DNA of 64,000 bases, from contig JALFWB010000006.1 of NCBI GenBank assembly GCA_022787425.1, positions 23,528 to 87,527 on the forward strand. Reading direction: 5' to 3'. Position 1 is the stretch's first letter, and each line of letters begins with the position of its first letter. This DNA is from Akkermansia sp. Lineage in GTDB: Bacteria; Verrucomicrobiota; Verrucomicrobiia; Verrucomicrobiales; Akkermansiaceae. The position numbers and the translations under genes are program-made. Of the stretch, positions 53,243-61,177 are shown one piece after another. Under the pieces are notes generated by a model that was not told where the DNA came from, searched no databases, and saw only the letters and a program-made list of their open reading frames with translations.

Positions 53243-54526
53243 ATGCTAGATATACGTATTGTCAGGGAGAAACCTGAGTATGTGAAAGAACGCGTCCGCC
53301 TGCGCGGGGGCGATCATTGGCTTTTGGTGGATAAGGTGCTGGAGTGTGATGAGAAGCGCCGGAGTGCAGAGACGGAGAAGCAGGAGCTCTCCCGTGAGCG
53401 GAACAGTTCCTCCAAGCTGATCGGGCAGATGATGAAAGAAGGCCGCCGCGAGGAGGCCGAGGCTCTCAAGAAGCGCATGGGTGAGGTGGGTGACCGCATC
53501 AAGGCTCTCGACGAGGTGGCGAGTGCCGCCGCCCAAGAGCAGGAGGATCTGCTGCTGTGCATCCCGAACATGCCGCATGACGGCGCTCCCGTGGGGGCGG
53601 ATGATACGGCCAACCCCGTCCTGCGCTATGTCGGTGAGAAACCCGAGGTGGCCGACCCCAAGGACCATGTGGAAATCGCCACGCGTTTGGGGCTGTTGGA
53701 CTTTGAAGCGGCGGCTCGCATCAGCGGCTCCGGCTTCATCGTGTACCGAGGGCTCGGTGCCCGTCTGGAGCGTGCGCTCATCAATTTTCTGCTGGACACG
53801 CAGACCCTGGAGAACGGCTACGAGGAGACCGGCGTGCCCTTCATGGTCAAGCGTGAGTGCATGTACGGCACGGGCCAGTTGCCCAAGTTTGAGGAAGACA
53901 TGTACGGCTTGGAGCAGAACCGGATGTTCATGGTGCCCACCGCGGAGGTGCCCGTGACCAACCTGTGCCGCGAGCAGATTCTGCGTGAAGCCGACCTGCC
54001 CAAGAAGATGACGGCCTACACCCCCTGCTTCCGCCGCGAGGCCGGTTCCGCCGGGCGCGAGAACAAGGGCATGATCCGTGTGCACCAGTTCGACAAGGTG
54101 GAGCTGGTGGAGATCTGCACTCCGGAGACGGGCTGGGATGAGCTGGAGAAGCTGACGAGCCACGCGGAGAGTATCCTGAAGAAGCTCGGGCTTCACTACC
54201 GCGTCATCGAACTTTGCACCGGCGATGTGGGCTTCTCCTCCGCCAAGACCTACGACATCGAGGTGTGGGCTCCGGGGCAGGGTAAGTACTTGGAGGTGTC
54301 CAGCTGCTCCTGCTTTACGGATTACCAGGCGCGCCGCATGAAGCTGCGCTACAAGGACGCCGACGGCAAGATCCGCACGCCGTACACGTTGAACGGCTCC
54401 GGCACGGCTCTGCCCCGTCTCTATGTGGCCCTGTTGGAGCAATGCCAGCAGCCGGACGGCAGCGTGCGCATCCCCGCCGCGCTGGTGCCTTACTTCGGCG
54501 CGGAGAGTATCACCCCGCGCGGTTGA
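53243..54526 (+). CDS. serS: serine--tRNA ligase
   Basis: MLDIRIVREKPEYVKE N-terminal coiled coil. Class II motifs FRREAGSAG and GSGTALPR. 427 aa. ATG lies 9 nt after TAAAAT of a TTGCTA-17-TAAAAT promoter. Confidence 0.97.
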   Translation: MLDIRIVREKPEYVKERVRLRGGDHWLLVDKVLECDEKRRSAETEKQELSRERNSSSKLIGQMMKEGRREEAEALKKRMGEVGDRIKALDEVASAAAQEQEDLLLCIPNMPHDGAPVGADDTANPVLRYVGEKPEVADPKDHVEIATRLGLLDFEAAARISGSGFIVYRGLGARLERALINFLLDTQTLENGYEETGVPFMVKRECMYGTGQLPKFEEDMYGLEQNRMFMVPTAEVPVTNLCREQILREADLPKKMTAYTPCFRREAGSAGRENKGMIRVHQFDKVELVEICTPETGWDELEKLTSHAESILKKLGLHYRVIELCTGDVGFSSAKTYDIEVWAPGQGKYLEVSSCSCFTDYQARRMKLRYKDADGKIRTPYTLNGSGTALPRLYVALLEQCQQPDGSVRIPAALVPYFGAESITPRG

Positions 54527-54594
54527 GGCCGCTTTTCGGGCTGCTCGGGCCGGTACCGGGCAGCCTGCTCACCACCATCACCACACATTCAATC

Positions 54595-55245
54595 ATGCTT
54601 GATTTCATCGATAAGATGGGGCCGATGTTCTGGCTCATTCTCTTCTTTGTAGCCATGGCCCTGGCTGTGGTGGCAGAGCGTTTGTTCTATTTTCACCGCA
54701 TCAATATCAGCTCCGGGGAGTTCCTGCGGGGCATTTCGGCCCTCCTGCGCTCCGGTCAGTACAACGAGGCTCTGCACGAGGTGCGCCGACTGCCCGGGCC
54801 CATGGCGCGTGTGGTGGAGGCGGTGCTGAACCGCCATACCTTGGGCCGCGGTGAGCTGCGGGACATTGCCATGCAGGCGGCGGAGCTGGAGGTGTACCGC
54901 ATTGAGCGACACATCAGCATGCTGCAGGTTTGCGCTACGGTGATGCCTGTGCTCGGTATCCTCGGCACGATTCTGTCGCTGGTGACTTTCTACGACCAGC
55001 CGGGCGTGCTGGACGGCGCGGCGGCCCCGCCCAAGGTGGCGGAGGCCCTGCAGAGCTGCCTGCTGCTCTCTGCCACCGGCGTGGCTTTTGCCATCCCCAC
55101 CTTCCTGTTCTACACCTACTTGGCCGGCCGGGCGGAGAAGATCATCAACAGCGTAGAGCGCGCCGGCATCGAGTGCGTTTACATCATCAGCGATGCGCGG
55201 GAGGCTGCGGCTTCCGCCCCTTCTGCACCCACCCCTCATTCCTGA
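54595..55245 (+). CDS. MotA/TolQ/ExbB proton-channel protein (second locus)
   Basis: Start set at ATG 54595 (MLDFIDKMGPMFWLILFF). Conserved block VMPVLGILGTILSL...LLLSATGVAFAIP. Confidence 0.85.
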   Translation: MLDFIDKMGPMFWLILFFVAMALAVVAERLFYFHRINISSGEFLRGISALLRSGQYNEALHEVRRLPGPMARVVEAVLNRHTLGRGELRDIAMQAAELEVYRIERHISMLQVCATVMPVLGILGTILSLVTFYDQPGVLDGAAAPPKVAEALQSCLLLSATGVAFAIPTFLFYTYLAGRAEKIINSVERAGIECVYIISDAREAAASAPSAPTPHS

Positions 55246-55249
55246 GCCC

Positions 55250-55678
55250 ATGCAGCACCCGCGTTACAAATTCGTCATCAAGGGCTTGCCGCTCGTCATC
55301 GCTTCTGCCCTTAACCTGCTGCTTTTGCTCTGCATTTTTGCTCTGCTCGGTAATCATCGGCAGCAGCGCTTCGGCTTTACGGTGTCGTCCGCAGCTACGC
55401 ATTTTGTGATGGGGGGGCAGTACCGGGATCGCACGCATTACCTGAGCATCTTCCCGGGGGACACGCCGCGCTTGTTCCTGGAGACGAGTGAGTTGAAGGG
55501 CGGACTGGCGGAGTTGGGCAGCAGGCTGGATGCGCTCAAGGGCGACAAGCCGGGGGAGGTTGTTATCGTGGTGGTGGCGGATGAGGCCGTCCCCGGCGGG
55601 GTGCTGATGCAGGTGATGGATTGTGTAAAAATGCGCGGCTTTGTCTGCAACTTTGCCGGGCGTCCGAGTGTGCACTGA
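55250..55678 (+). CDS. ExbD/TolR-like protein
   Basis: 142 aa with an N-terminal TM helix. C-terminal VVIVVVADEAVPGGVLMQVMDCVKMRGF resembles the ExbD periplasmic domain. Confidence 0.7.
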   Translation: MQHPRYKFVIKGLPLVIASALNLLLLLCIFALLGNHRQQRFGFTVSSAATHFVMGGQYRDRTHYLSIFPGDTPRLFLETSELKGGLAELGSRLDALKGDKPGEVVIVVVADEAVPGGVLMQVMDCVKMRGFVCNFAGRPSVH

Positions 55679-56106
55679 TGAAGAAGCCGGACAGAGAGAG
55701 CCTTCCGACGCTTGTTTTTCTGCGCCTGCGCGACAGTCGCGGTCACTTGCTGCTGTTTCTTATCCCGGCACTGTTGTTTTGCCTGGGTATGGTTTATCTG
55801 GTGCCAGTGGAGCCTGCGGCGCGTGTTACCCCGGCCGGAGTGGGGCGGGTGTACAGCGTGAGCGGGCATGAGCATGACCTAGCCGTGGCGGGGCGCACGC
55901 CTTTCCTCTTTTTATACCGTCGCGCGACGGAAATTGACTGTGTGCAGGACCCGCTGAAGACCGTGGACACCACGCCGGATCCCACGGTGGCACTGCCGCC
56001 GCCTGCTGAGCCCTTCCGGGAGGTCTTGCAGTCCGCCGTATGGACCGAGGAGGAGCTGCTGGCCCTGCCCCCGCAGGAAGCGGATGGAAAGGAGGAGCAA
56101 CCATGA
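55678..56106 (+). CDS. hypothetical single-pass membrane protein with Pro-rich segment (TonB/TolA-position protein without recognisable C-terminal domain)
   Basis: ATG 55678 overlaps the upstream stop (TGATG). TM helix LLLFLIPALLFCLGMVYLV, then PDPTVALPPPAEP. No TonB C-terminal motif seen. Confidence 0.5.
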   Translation: MKKPDRESLPTLVFLRLRDSRGHLLLFLIPALLFCLGMVYLVPVEPAARVTPAGVGRVYSVSGHEHDLAVAGRTPFLFLYRRATEIDCVQDPLKTVDTTPDPTVALPPPAEPFREVLQSAVWTEEELLALPPQEADGKEEQP

Positions 56107-56318
56107 TGGGTGCCCTGCTTCCCGGTGAGTTTTTGCTGTGGGTGGTCGTTGGGGGGATGCTGCTGGTGCTGGCGGTTTTTCTGCCCGTGCAGTTGGCATC
56201 CAAGCTGCGGCGGATGCGCTCTGCGCGTGTTAAACTGGCCTGTCGTATCTGCGGGTATCATTTTCGGCGTCGGGATGCGGCGGCTATTTGCCCGCATTGC
56301 GGCTCCCGCAACCGCTGA
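56103..56318 (+). CDS. small membrane-anchored zinc-ribbon protein
   Basis: 71 aa. TM helix FLLWVVVGGMLLVLAVFL followed by CRICG...CPHCG (CxxC-x13-CxxC). The start overlaps the upstream stop (ATGATG). Confidence 0.5.
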   Translation: MMGALLPGEFLLWVVVGGMLLVLAVFLPVQLASKLRRMRSARVKLACRICGYHFRRRDAAAICPHCGSRNR

Positions 56319-57370
56319 TGCCCATGTGCCGTGCCCTTGTTGTGAACGGTGAGCGCGTGACGCCCGAAAACTTGGCGGCGTGGCGCAGCGGTCGGCGGGG
56401 TATCGAGTCTGATTTGGCGGACTTTTTGGCAGAGTGGTGGAGCCCCGGGGAAACGGTGCGGCTGCACAGCTCCGGGTCCACGGGCAAGCCGAAGGAGTTT
56501 GCGGGGCGCAAAGAGTACATGCGGGCAAGCGCGGTGGACACGCTGAGCGCTTTCGGTCTGTGGCCCTGCTCGGCGGATGCGGATTTTCTGCTGTGCCTGC
56601 CGTTGCGCTACATTGCAGGCAAGATGATGGTGGTGCGGGCCTTGGAGGCGGGGTGTCGTCTGCGGGTGGTGGAGCCTTCCTCTGCGCCTATTCCACTGGG
56701 GGAGTCTTTCGATTTTGCCGCGATGGTGCCCATGCAGGCGGTGGTTACCCTGTCTCGGGAAGGCGGAGCGGCGGCGTTGTCTGCCGTGCGCACGCTGCTG
56801 CTGGGCGGGGGCTTTGTGGATGCCGAGACGGAGGCAGCCTTGCAGGGGGTTGACTCTGCGGTTTATGTCTCTTACGGCATGACGGAGACCTACTCGCACA
56901 TCGCCCTTCGGCGGCTCAACGGGCCGCAGGCGCAGGGGGCGTATCATCCGCTGCCGGGGGTGAGCCTTGCCCTAAGCCCGCAGGGAACCTTGGTCATCAA
57001 TGCGCCGCATATCGGGGTGCAGGGAATGGAGACCAACGATGTGGCGGAGTTGCTGCCCGATTCTTCTTTCCGTATCCTGGGGCGGCGAGATGCTGTGATT
57101 AACAGCGGCGGTATTAAAATTCAGGCGGAGCAGGTGGAGGCGGAGGTGCGGCGTCTCACCGGGCTGACGGTGTTGGCTCTGCCGCATCCGCACCCCGTTC
57201 TGGGGCAGTGCATCGAGCTGCTGTGGGAGGGCCCGGCGGAGTCAGCGGATAAGCTGTCGGAGGCCTTGGAGCGGCTGCCTAAATATCAGCGGCCCGCTGT
57301 GGTGCGCCGTGTGGATGCCCTTCCGCGCACGGCTACGGGTAAGCTCTGCCGCGTCCCGGGGGCACGTTGA
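56318..57370 (+). CDS. short AMP-dependent synthetase/ligase (O-succinylbenzoate-CoA ligase-like)
   Basis: SSGSTGKPK, YGMTET, GDVAEL...GRRDAVINSGGIKIQAEQVE and LPRTATGKLCR adenylate-forming motifs. About 350 aa, as in short MenE-like enzymes. ATG 56318 overlaps the upstream stop (TGATG). Confidence 0.8.
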   Translation: MPMCRALVVNGERVTPENLAAWRSGRRGIESDLADFLAEWWSPGETVRLHSSGSTGKPKEFAGRKEYMRASAVDTLSAFGLWPCSADADFLLCLPLRYIAGKMMVVRALEAGCRLRVVEPSSAPIPLGESFDFAAMVPMQAVVTLSREGGAAALSAVRTLLLGGGFVDAETEAALQGVDSAVYVSYGMTETYSHIALRRLNGPQAQGAYHPLPGVSLALSPQGTLVINAPHIGVQGMETNDVAELLPDSSFRILGRRDAVINSGGIKIQAEQVEAEVRRLTGLTVLALPHPHPVLGQCIELLWEGPAESADKLSEALERLPKYQRPAVVRRVDALPRTATGKLCRVPGAR

Positions 57371-57379
57371 GACGTTGCG

Positions 57380-58753
57380 TCACGGGGTCCAACTGCCGAG
57401 CTGGGAGGGGAAGAGGCAGTCCGCACAGATGTGGCGGGAGCAGAAATCGTTGTCTATTTGTAACAGTGCCTGCTGCGCATAGCAGCGGCGGAGCAGGGGG
57501 AGTACATCCTCTCTGTCCCCGAACAGGTGCTGCGCTGTCTGCTGCACGGCACTCGGCAGCTCCGGTGCGGGCAGGGAGAGGTAGGTTTGCCACGCGGGCT
57601 CGGACTCGTCAACCGCGTAGACGTGGTTGATCAGGAAATCCCGGATGCGGGAGCTGCCCACTAGCGCGGACTTGCGGGCCAACGGCTCAGAGGGCAGGGT
57701 GCAGTGGTAGCTCCAGTAGGGGTGTTCCAGTGCGGTAAGTTGTTTAGTGAGGGCCTTGGCGGCTGATGCGTTAAAGTTCGGCTCTAGCTCCTGCCAGCGG
57801 AGGGCCGAGACGGCCAAGGCCGCCACGCGGCGGTGCGGGTGGTTCAGGGGACGTATGGGGGCCAGCACCCAAGGCAGCGTGTGCATGCCGCTCAGCTCGT
57901 GCTGCTCGCGCAGGGGCCACCAAGCATCCCACAGGCTGCGGTGGTAGGCCCGCGCTTGGTCGGTAGCGCGCTCGGGCAGCACGGGTATCAGAAATCCCGC
58001 CGTGCCGAACAGGATGGCCTCGGCCTCCCGTCCCAGTTCCTTGAGCGGGGCGCGGCGGGCGAGTATCTGCATGGCCTGCTTGTTCAGGCGGTAGCCTAGG
58101 GTCTCCGCCCAAGCCTCGAACCAGGCTTGGTGCAGGCCCAAGTTTTCCGCCTTGCGCCGGAAGAGTTTGCGCTTGAGCTGCATGCGGTAGGCAGCCGCCG
58201 ACTGCAACATGCCGGCCACCTTCTCGATGGGCATGGCGGCCAGGGGCTCGCGGCACAGTTCGGTGCATGCCGTGGTGATGGGTGCCGGTTTACCCAAGGC
58301 GCTGCGCACGGCCTCCGCCGGGATGGTGAGGACGGGTATTTCCCGGTGTGAGGAGTTGCGGGTATACCAGCCGGCGGGGGGCTTGGTCAGCACGATGTGC
58401 AGGATGACGTTGTCAAAGTTCGGATTGGCTCCGTGTCCGTGGTGCTCCCAGTCCTGCGCCGTAGGGTCCAGCTCGATGTCCCCGCGCAGGCGGCGTCCGT
58501 TCAGTTCGATTTCGGCGCGCAGAAAATCCGGCCCCACGCTGCGGTTCCAAGTGCCGAAGTCGATGATGTGCACATGGCCGTGCCGCTCCGTGACGCCGCC
58601 GTTGCCCAACAAGCCGGCGGCCCAGAGCCCCTGCACCTCCTGCTCCGGCGGCAGCGGGAAATCCACCGGTTCCGCCGCCGTGGTGTCCTCACCGCGCACG
58701 CGGCGTCGGAGCTCGCGGTAGCGGTCGGCTGCTTGCCGGCGCCCCTCGTTCAT
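57380..58753 (-). CDS. DUF2851 family protein
   Basis: GPDFLRAEIELNGRRLRGDIELDPTAQDWEHHGHGANPNFDNVILHIV matches, from memory, the conserved GPDF...E.H...DW..HGH...NVILHVV core of DUF2851. 457 aa. Confidence 0.7.
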   Translation of the reverse strand: MNEGRRQAADRYRELRRRVRGEDTTAAEPVDFPLPPEQEVQGLWAAGLLGNGGVTERHGHVHIIDFGTWNRSVGPDFLRAEIELNGRRLRGDIELDPTAQDWEHHGHGANPNFDNVILHIVLTKPPAGWYTRNSSHREIPVLTIPAEAVRSALGKPAPITTACTELCREPLAAMPIEKVAGMLQSAAAYRMQLKRKLFRRKAENLGLHQAWFEAWAETLGYRLNKQAMQILARRAPLKELGREAEAILFGTAGFLIPVLPERATDQARAYHRSLWDAWWPLREQHELSGMHTLPWVLAPIRPLNHPHRRVAALAVSALRWQELEPNFNASAAKALTKQLTALEHPYWSYHCTLPSEPLARKSALVGSSRIRDFLINHVYAVDESEPAWQTYLSLPAPELPSAVQQTAQHLFGDREDVLPLLRRCYAQQALLQIDNDFCSRHICADCLFPSQLGSWTP

Positions 58754-59295
58754 TTCTCGTCTTCCTCTCCCTCGTGGCGCATCAGGTCTTCCTCCAGGGT
58801 TTCGCAGACGTAGCCGAAGGTTGCATCGTTGCGCGTGTTCATGGCGCGGAGGGTGTTGTGGGCCTCCAGCACATGGCGCGTGCGGGCCAGTTCGCTCATG
58901 TCGTGCTCGGGGCTGTCGGCGCTTCCTGCGTCAGCCAACCGTGCGCGGCGCTCTGCTGCGTCCGACCGCCAGAAAGCGTTCTCGGGGTCGATGTCAATGA
59001 GCATATCCAAGCCCAAGCTCTCCATGGCAGAGCGCGTGCGCGAGGTGGGGGATGCCACCTGCAGGCAGCCGCCCTTGGACATGGCTCGCTGCGCCAAGCC
59101 TGCTAAGGTTCCCATAAAGGTGGAATCCACCCCGGGGCATACCTCCAGATCAACGATAATCGTATTGCCGCCGCCGGCCAGGTATTTATCCGCCAGCGAT
59201 TTGAGGGCAGGGCTGTTCACAAAGCTGCCGCGCGTGGCACAGCGCACCCACAGGCAGTCATCGAACACATAGTGGGAAAGGGACGTATCGCTCAT
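58750..59295 (-). CDS. STAS-domain (anti-sigma-factor-antagonist-like) protein with C-terminal helical extension
   Basis: LKSLADKYLAGGGNTIIVDLEVCPGVDSTFMGTLAGLAQRAMSKGGCLQV fits the STAS fold pattern. The stop overlaps the DUF2851 start as ATGA (58750-58753). Confidence 0.65.
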   Translation of the reverse strand: MSDTSLSHYVFDDCLWVRCATRGSFVNSPALKSLADKYLAGGGNTIIVDLEVCPGVDSTFMGTLAGLAQRAMSKGGCLQVASPTSRTRSAMESLGLDMLIDIDPENAFWRSDAAERRARLADAGSADSPEHDMSELARTRHVLEAHNTLRAMNTRNDATFGYVCETLEEDLMRHEGEEDEK

Positions 59296-59313
59296 GGTAA
59301 AAACTTCTCCACC

Positions 59314-59342
59314 ACTCTAGCGCATTTTCATGTTGAAGGCAA
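59314..59342 (-). promoter_or_regulatory. promoter of the STAS-DUF2851 operon: TTGCCT-17-TAGAGT, ATG 18 nt downstream
   Basis: -35 at 59342-59337, -10 at 59319-59314, ATG at 59295. Confidence 0.55.
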
Positions 59343-59498
59343 GCATAAAATACGCTCAGAAGCTATCTTCTTATCGTGGATTCTGACGGTATGACTGCCA
59401 ATGCTCTAACAAATGTTACGCTTTTTTTTCTCGGAAAGTTATTGAACTGATGGGGCTTTGGCGGTTTCTCACCCTGTGGATTCAACCATCATTCGGCT

Positions 59499-59789
59499 AT
59501 GAACAACAAGAACATCACGAGATACACCTACGAGAGTACGGATTTTCAGGGCTGGCGCGTGAGCATTCAGCGCTGCGGACGCATCATCACGCGCTATTTT
59601 TCGGACCTGCAGTACGGGTCGGCGAAGGAGTCGCTGCGCCTGGCGTTAGAATACCGCGACCGCGTTTTTGCAGAGATGCGGCAGCACCGGAGCAACTTGG
59701 CGGAATACATGGACCGGGAGCTGGAGAAGTTGCAGGATCTGCTGCGCGGGCGGGCTCATGCGGCCTTGCGCGTGCGCGTCAGGGGTTGA
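59499..59789 (+). CDS. small AP2-like DNA-binding domain protein
   Basis: 96 aa. FQGWRVSIQRCGRIITRYFSDLQYGSAKESLRLALEYRDRVF resembles the three-strand-plus-helix AP2/integrase DNA-binding domain pattern (GW.V.I...G......F....G....A...A...RD). Confidence 0.45.
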   Translation: MNNKNITRYTYESTDFQGWRVSIQRCGRIITRYFSDLQYGSAKESLRLALEYRDRVFAEMRQHRSNLAEYMDRELEKLQDLLRGRAHAALRVRVRG

Positions 59790-60171
59790 CGACGGGCGGC
59801 AGCATCTGCGGTGCCAGCAGATCGCGCAGGCTCGGTGTGGCGTAAAAGTCGGCCTTGTCCAGTCGGGTAAACTCGATGGCGATTTGTTGGAGCAGGACGA
59901 TGAAGGGTCGTTTAGCACCGGCTGTATTTTCCAGATAAATGAGCAGGGCAGCCTCATCCACGGTGGATCGGCTGCTCTGCATTTGTTGTATCGTGCTCTT
60001 CAGGGGCTCGATGGCGCGGGAGGCGGAGTCGGTGTCCTGCACGCTTTGCAGGGTCTCCAGCATGTGGCGCAGGGAGGCCTCCAGTTGAGCGGCATCATCG
60101 GCGGGTGCGGCGATTGCCGGGCAGGCGGAGAGTGCGGCTGCGGCGAGGAGTGCGGGGAAGGAGGTGGTCAT
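59779..60171 (-). CDS. hypothetical secreted protein
   Basis: 130 aa with signal peptide MTTSFPALLAAAALSACPAIAAP. Starts 6 nt after the amidase stop. Its 3' end overlaps the convergent AP2-like gene by 11 nt. Confidence 0.45.
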   Translation of the reverse strand: MTTSFPALLAAAALSACPAIAAPADDAAQLEASLRHMLETLQSVQDTDSASRAIEPLKSTIQQMQSSRSTVDEAALLIYLENTAGAKRPFIVLLQQIAIEFTRLDKADFYATPSLRDLLAPQMLPPVVNP

Positions 60172-60177
60172 GGTTGT

Positions 60178-61107
60178 TCAGAGAAGGTGTTTGGCACCCG
60201 GTACATTCAGGCGGCGGGATTCGGCCGCATACCCGAAGGAGCCTTCATCGGGGGCATTCGGGTTGCTTCGCTTGTGTCGCGGGTAGCTGCTGCGGTGCTT
60301 CATGAAGTCGATGATGCCGAGGGCAACGGTGTGGGCCAAGTGGCGTGCTCCGGCCTCCGTGGTGAGGTAGCGCGCATGGTCTCGGTTGTTCACGAAGGCG
60401 ACCTCCGTGACGGCGGCGGGAATGCCGGCGTCATCGCAGGCATTCATCCACGCAGCGGAGCGGTCGGCATCCACATAGCGCACCTGTACGGAGCAGGTGC
60501 GGCCGCCGTTCGGCATGGCACTGTTGAGGAGGTGGCGGTTGAAGGCGCGGCAGAGGGCCTCGCCCAGCGGGCGGCCGTTGTAGCGGTTGCAGATAACAAG
60601 CCCGTTCGAGCCCCCGGAGGTCGCGCCGCCGCTGCTGTTCAGGTGCAGGAACACGGCGCAGTCTGCTTTCATGCGGATGGCGGCATCGGCGCTGATGACG
60701 CCGCTGCCCACGCGGTCGGCAAAGTAGCGGGAGGGGTAGCGCGCGGCATTTTTGTCCGGGTGGTTCAGGTGCACCACGCGGGCGCGTTTGGCGTAATCCG
60801 CCAAGGGTGAGGAGGTGGGGGCATTGCCTCGGTTGGTCACCACGCAGCGGTAGCCTGCGGCTTCAAGCTCTTTTTTAACAAAATAGCTGTATTGGTACCA
60901 GAAGGCGCATTCCCGCAGGACCTTGCCGTTCATGGAGAAGGGGGAGCAGGCGCCTTCTCCGCCGACAAAGTGGCCGATGTCCAGCATCACGAGTCCTTTG
61001 CCGCGGGAGCCGGATGCACCGGGTACCTGTTGACGCTGTCCGCCGCAGCCTACCAAGAACAGGGCTGCCGCCGTAAGCAGGAATAAAACGGGAAGAAGTT
61101 TCCTCAT
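60178..61107 (-). CDS. N-acetylmuramoyl-L-alanine amidase (Amidase_3), predicted lipoprotein
   Basis: MRKLLPVLFLLTAAALFLVGC lipobox. VMLDIGH, ADCAVFLHLNS and TEVAFVNNRDHARYL correspond to Amidase_3 zinc-site blocks. ATG 61107 lies 7 nt after TACAAT of a TTGACC-17-TACAAT promoter. Confidence 0.8.
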   Translation of the reverse strand: MRKLLPVLFLLTAAALFLVGCGGQRQQVPGASGSRGKGLVMLDIGHFVGGEGACSPFSMNGKVLRECAFWYQYSYFVKKELEAAGYRCVVTNRGNAPTSSPLADYAKRARVVHLNHPDKNAARYPSRYFADRVGSGVISADAAIRMKADCAVFLHLNSSGGATSGGSNGLVICNRYNGRPLGEALCRAFNRHLLNSAMPNGGRTCSVQVRYVDADRSAAWMNACDDAGIPAAVTEVAFVNNRDHARYLTTEAGARHLAHTVALGIIDFMKHRSSYPRHKRSNPNAPDEGSFGYAAESRRLNVPGAKHLL

Positions 61108-61114
61108 GCAACGC

Positions 61115-61143
61115 ATTGTAGCACAGAGCCCCCGCGCGGTCAA
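61115..61143 (-). promoter_or_regulatory. promoter of the amidase operon: TTGACC-17-TACAAT (TGc), ATG 7 nt downstream
   Basis: -35 at 61143-61138, -10 at 61120-61115, ATG at 61107. Confidence 0.7.
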
Positions 61144-61177
61144 GCGGTATGTGCGCACGCGGGGGCGGGTAGGGGAC

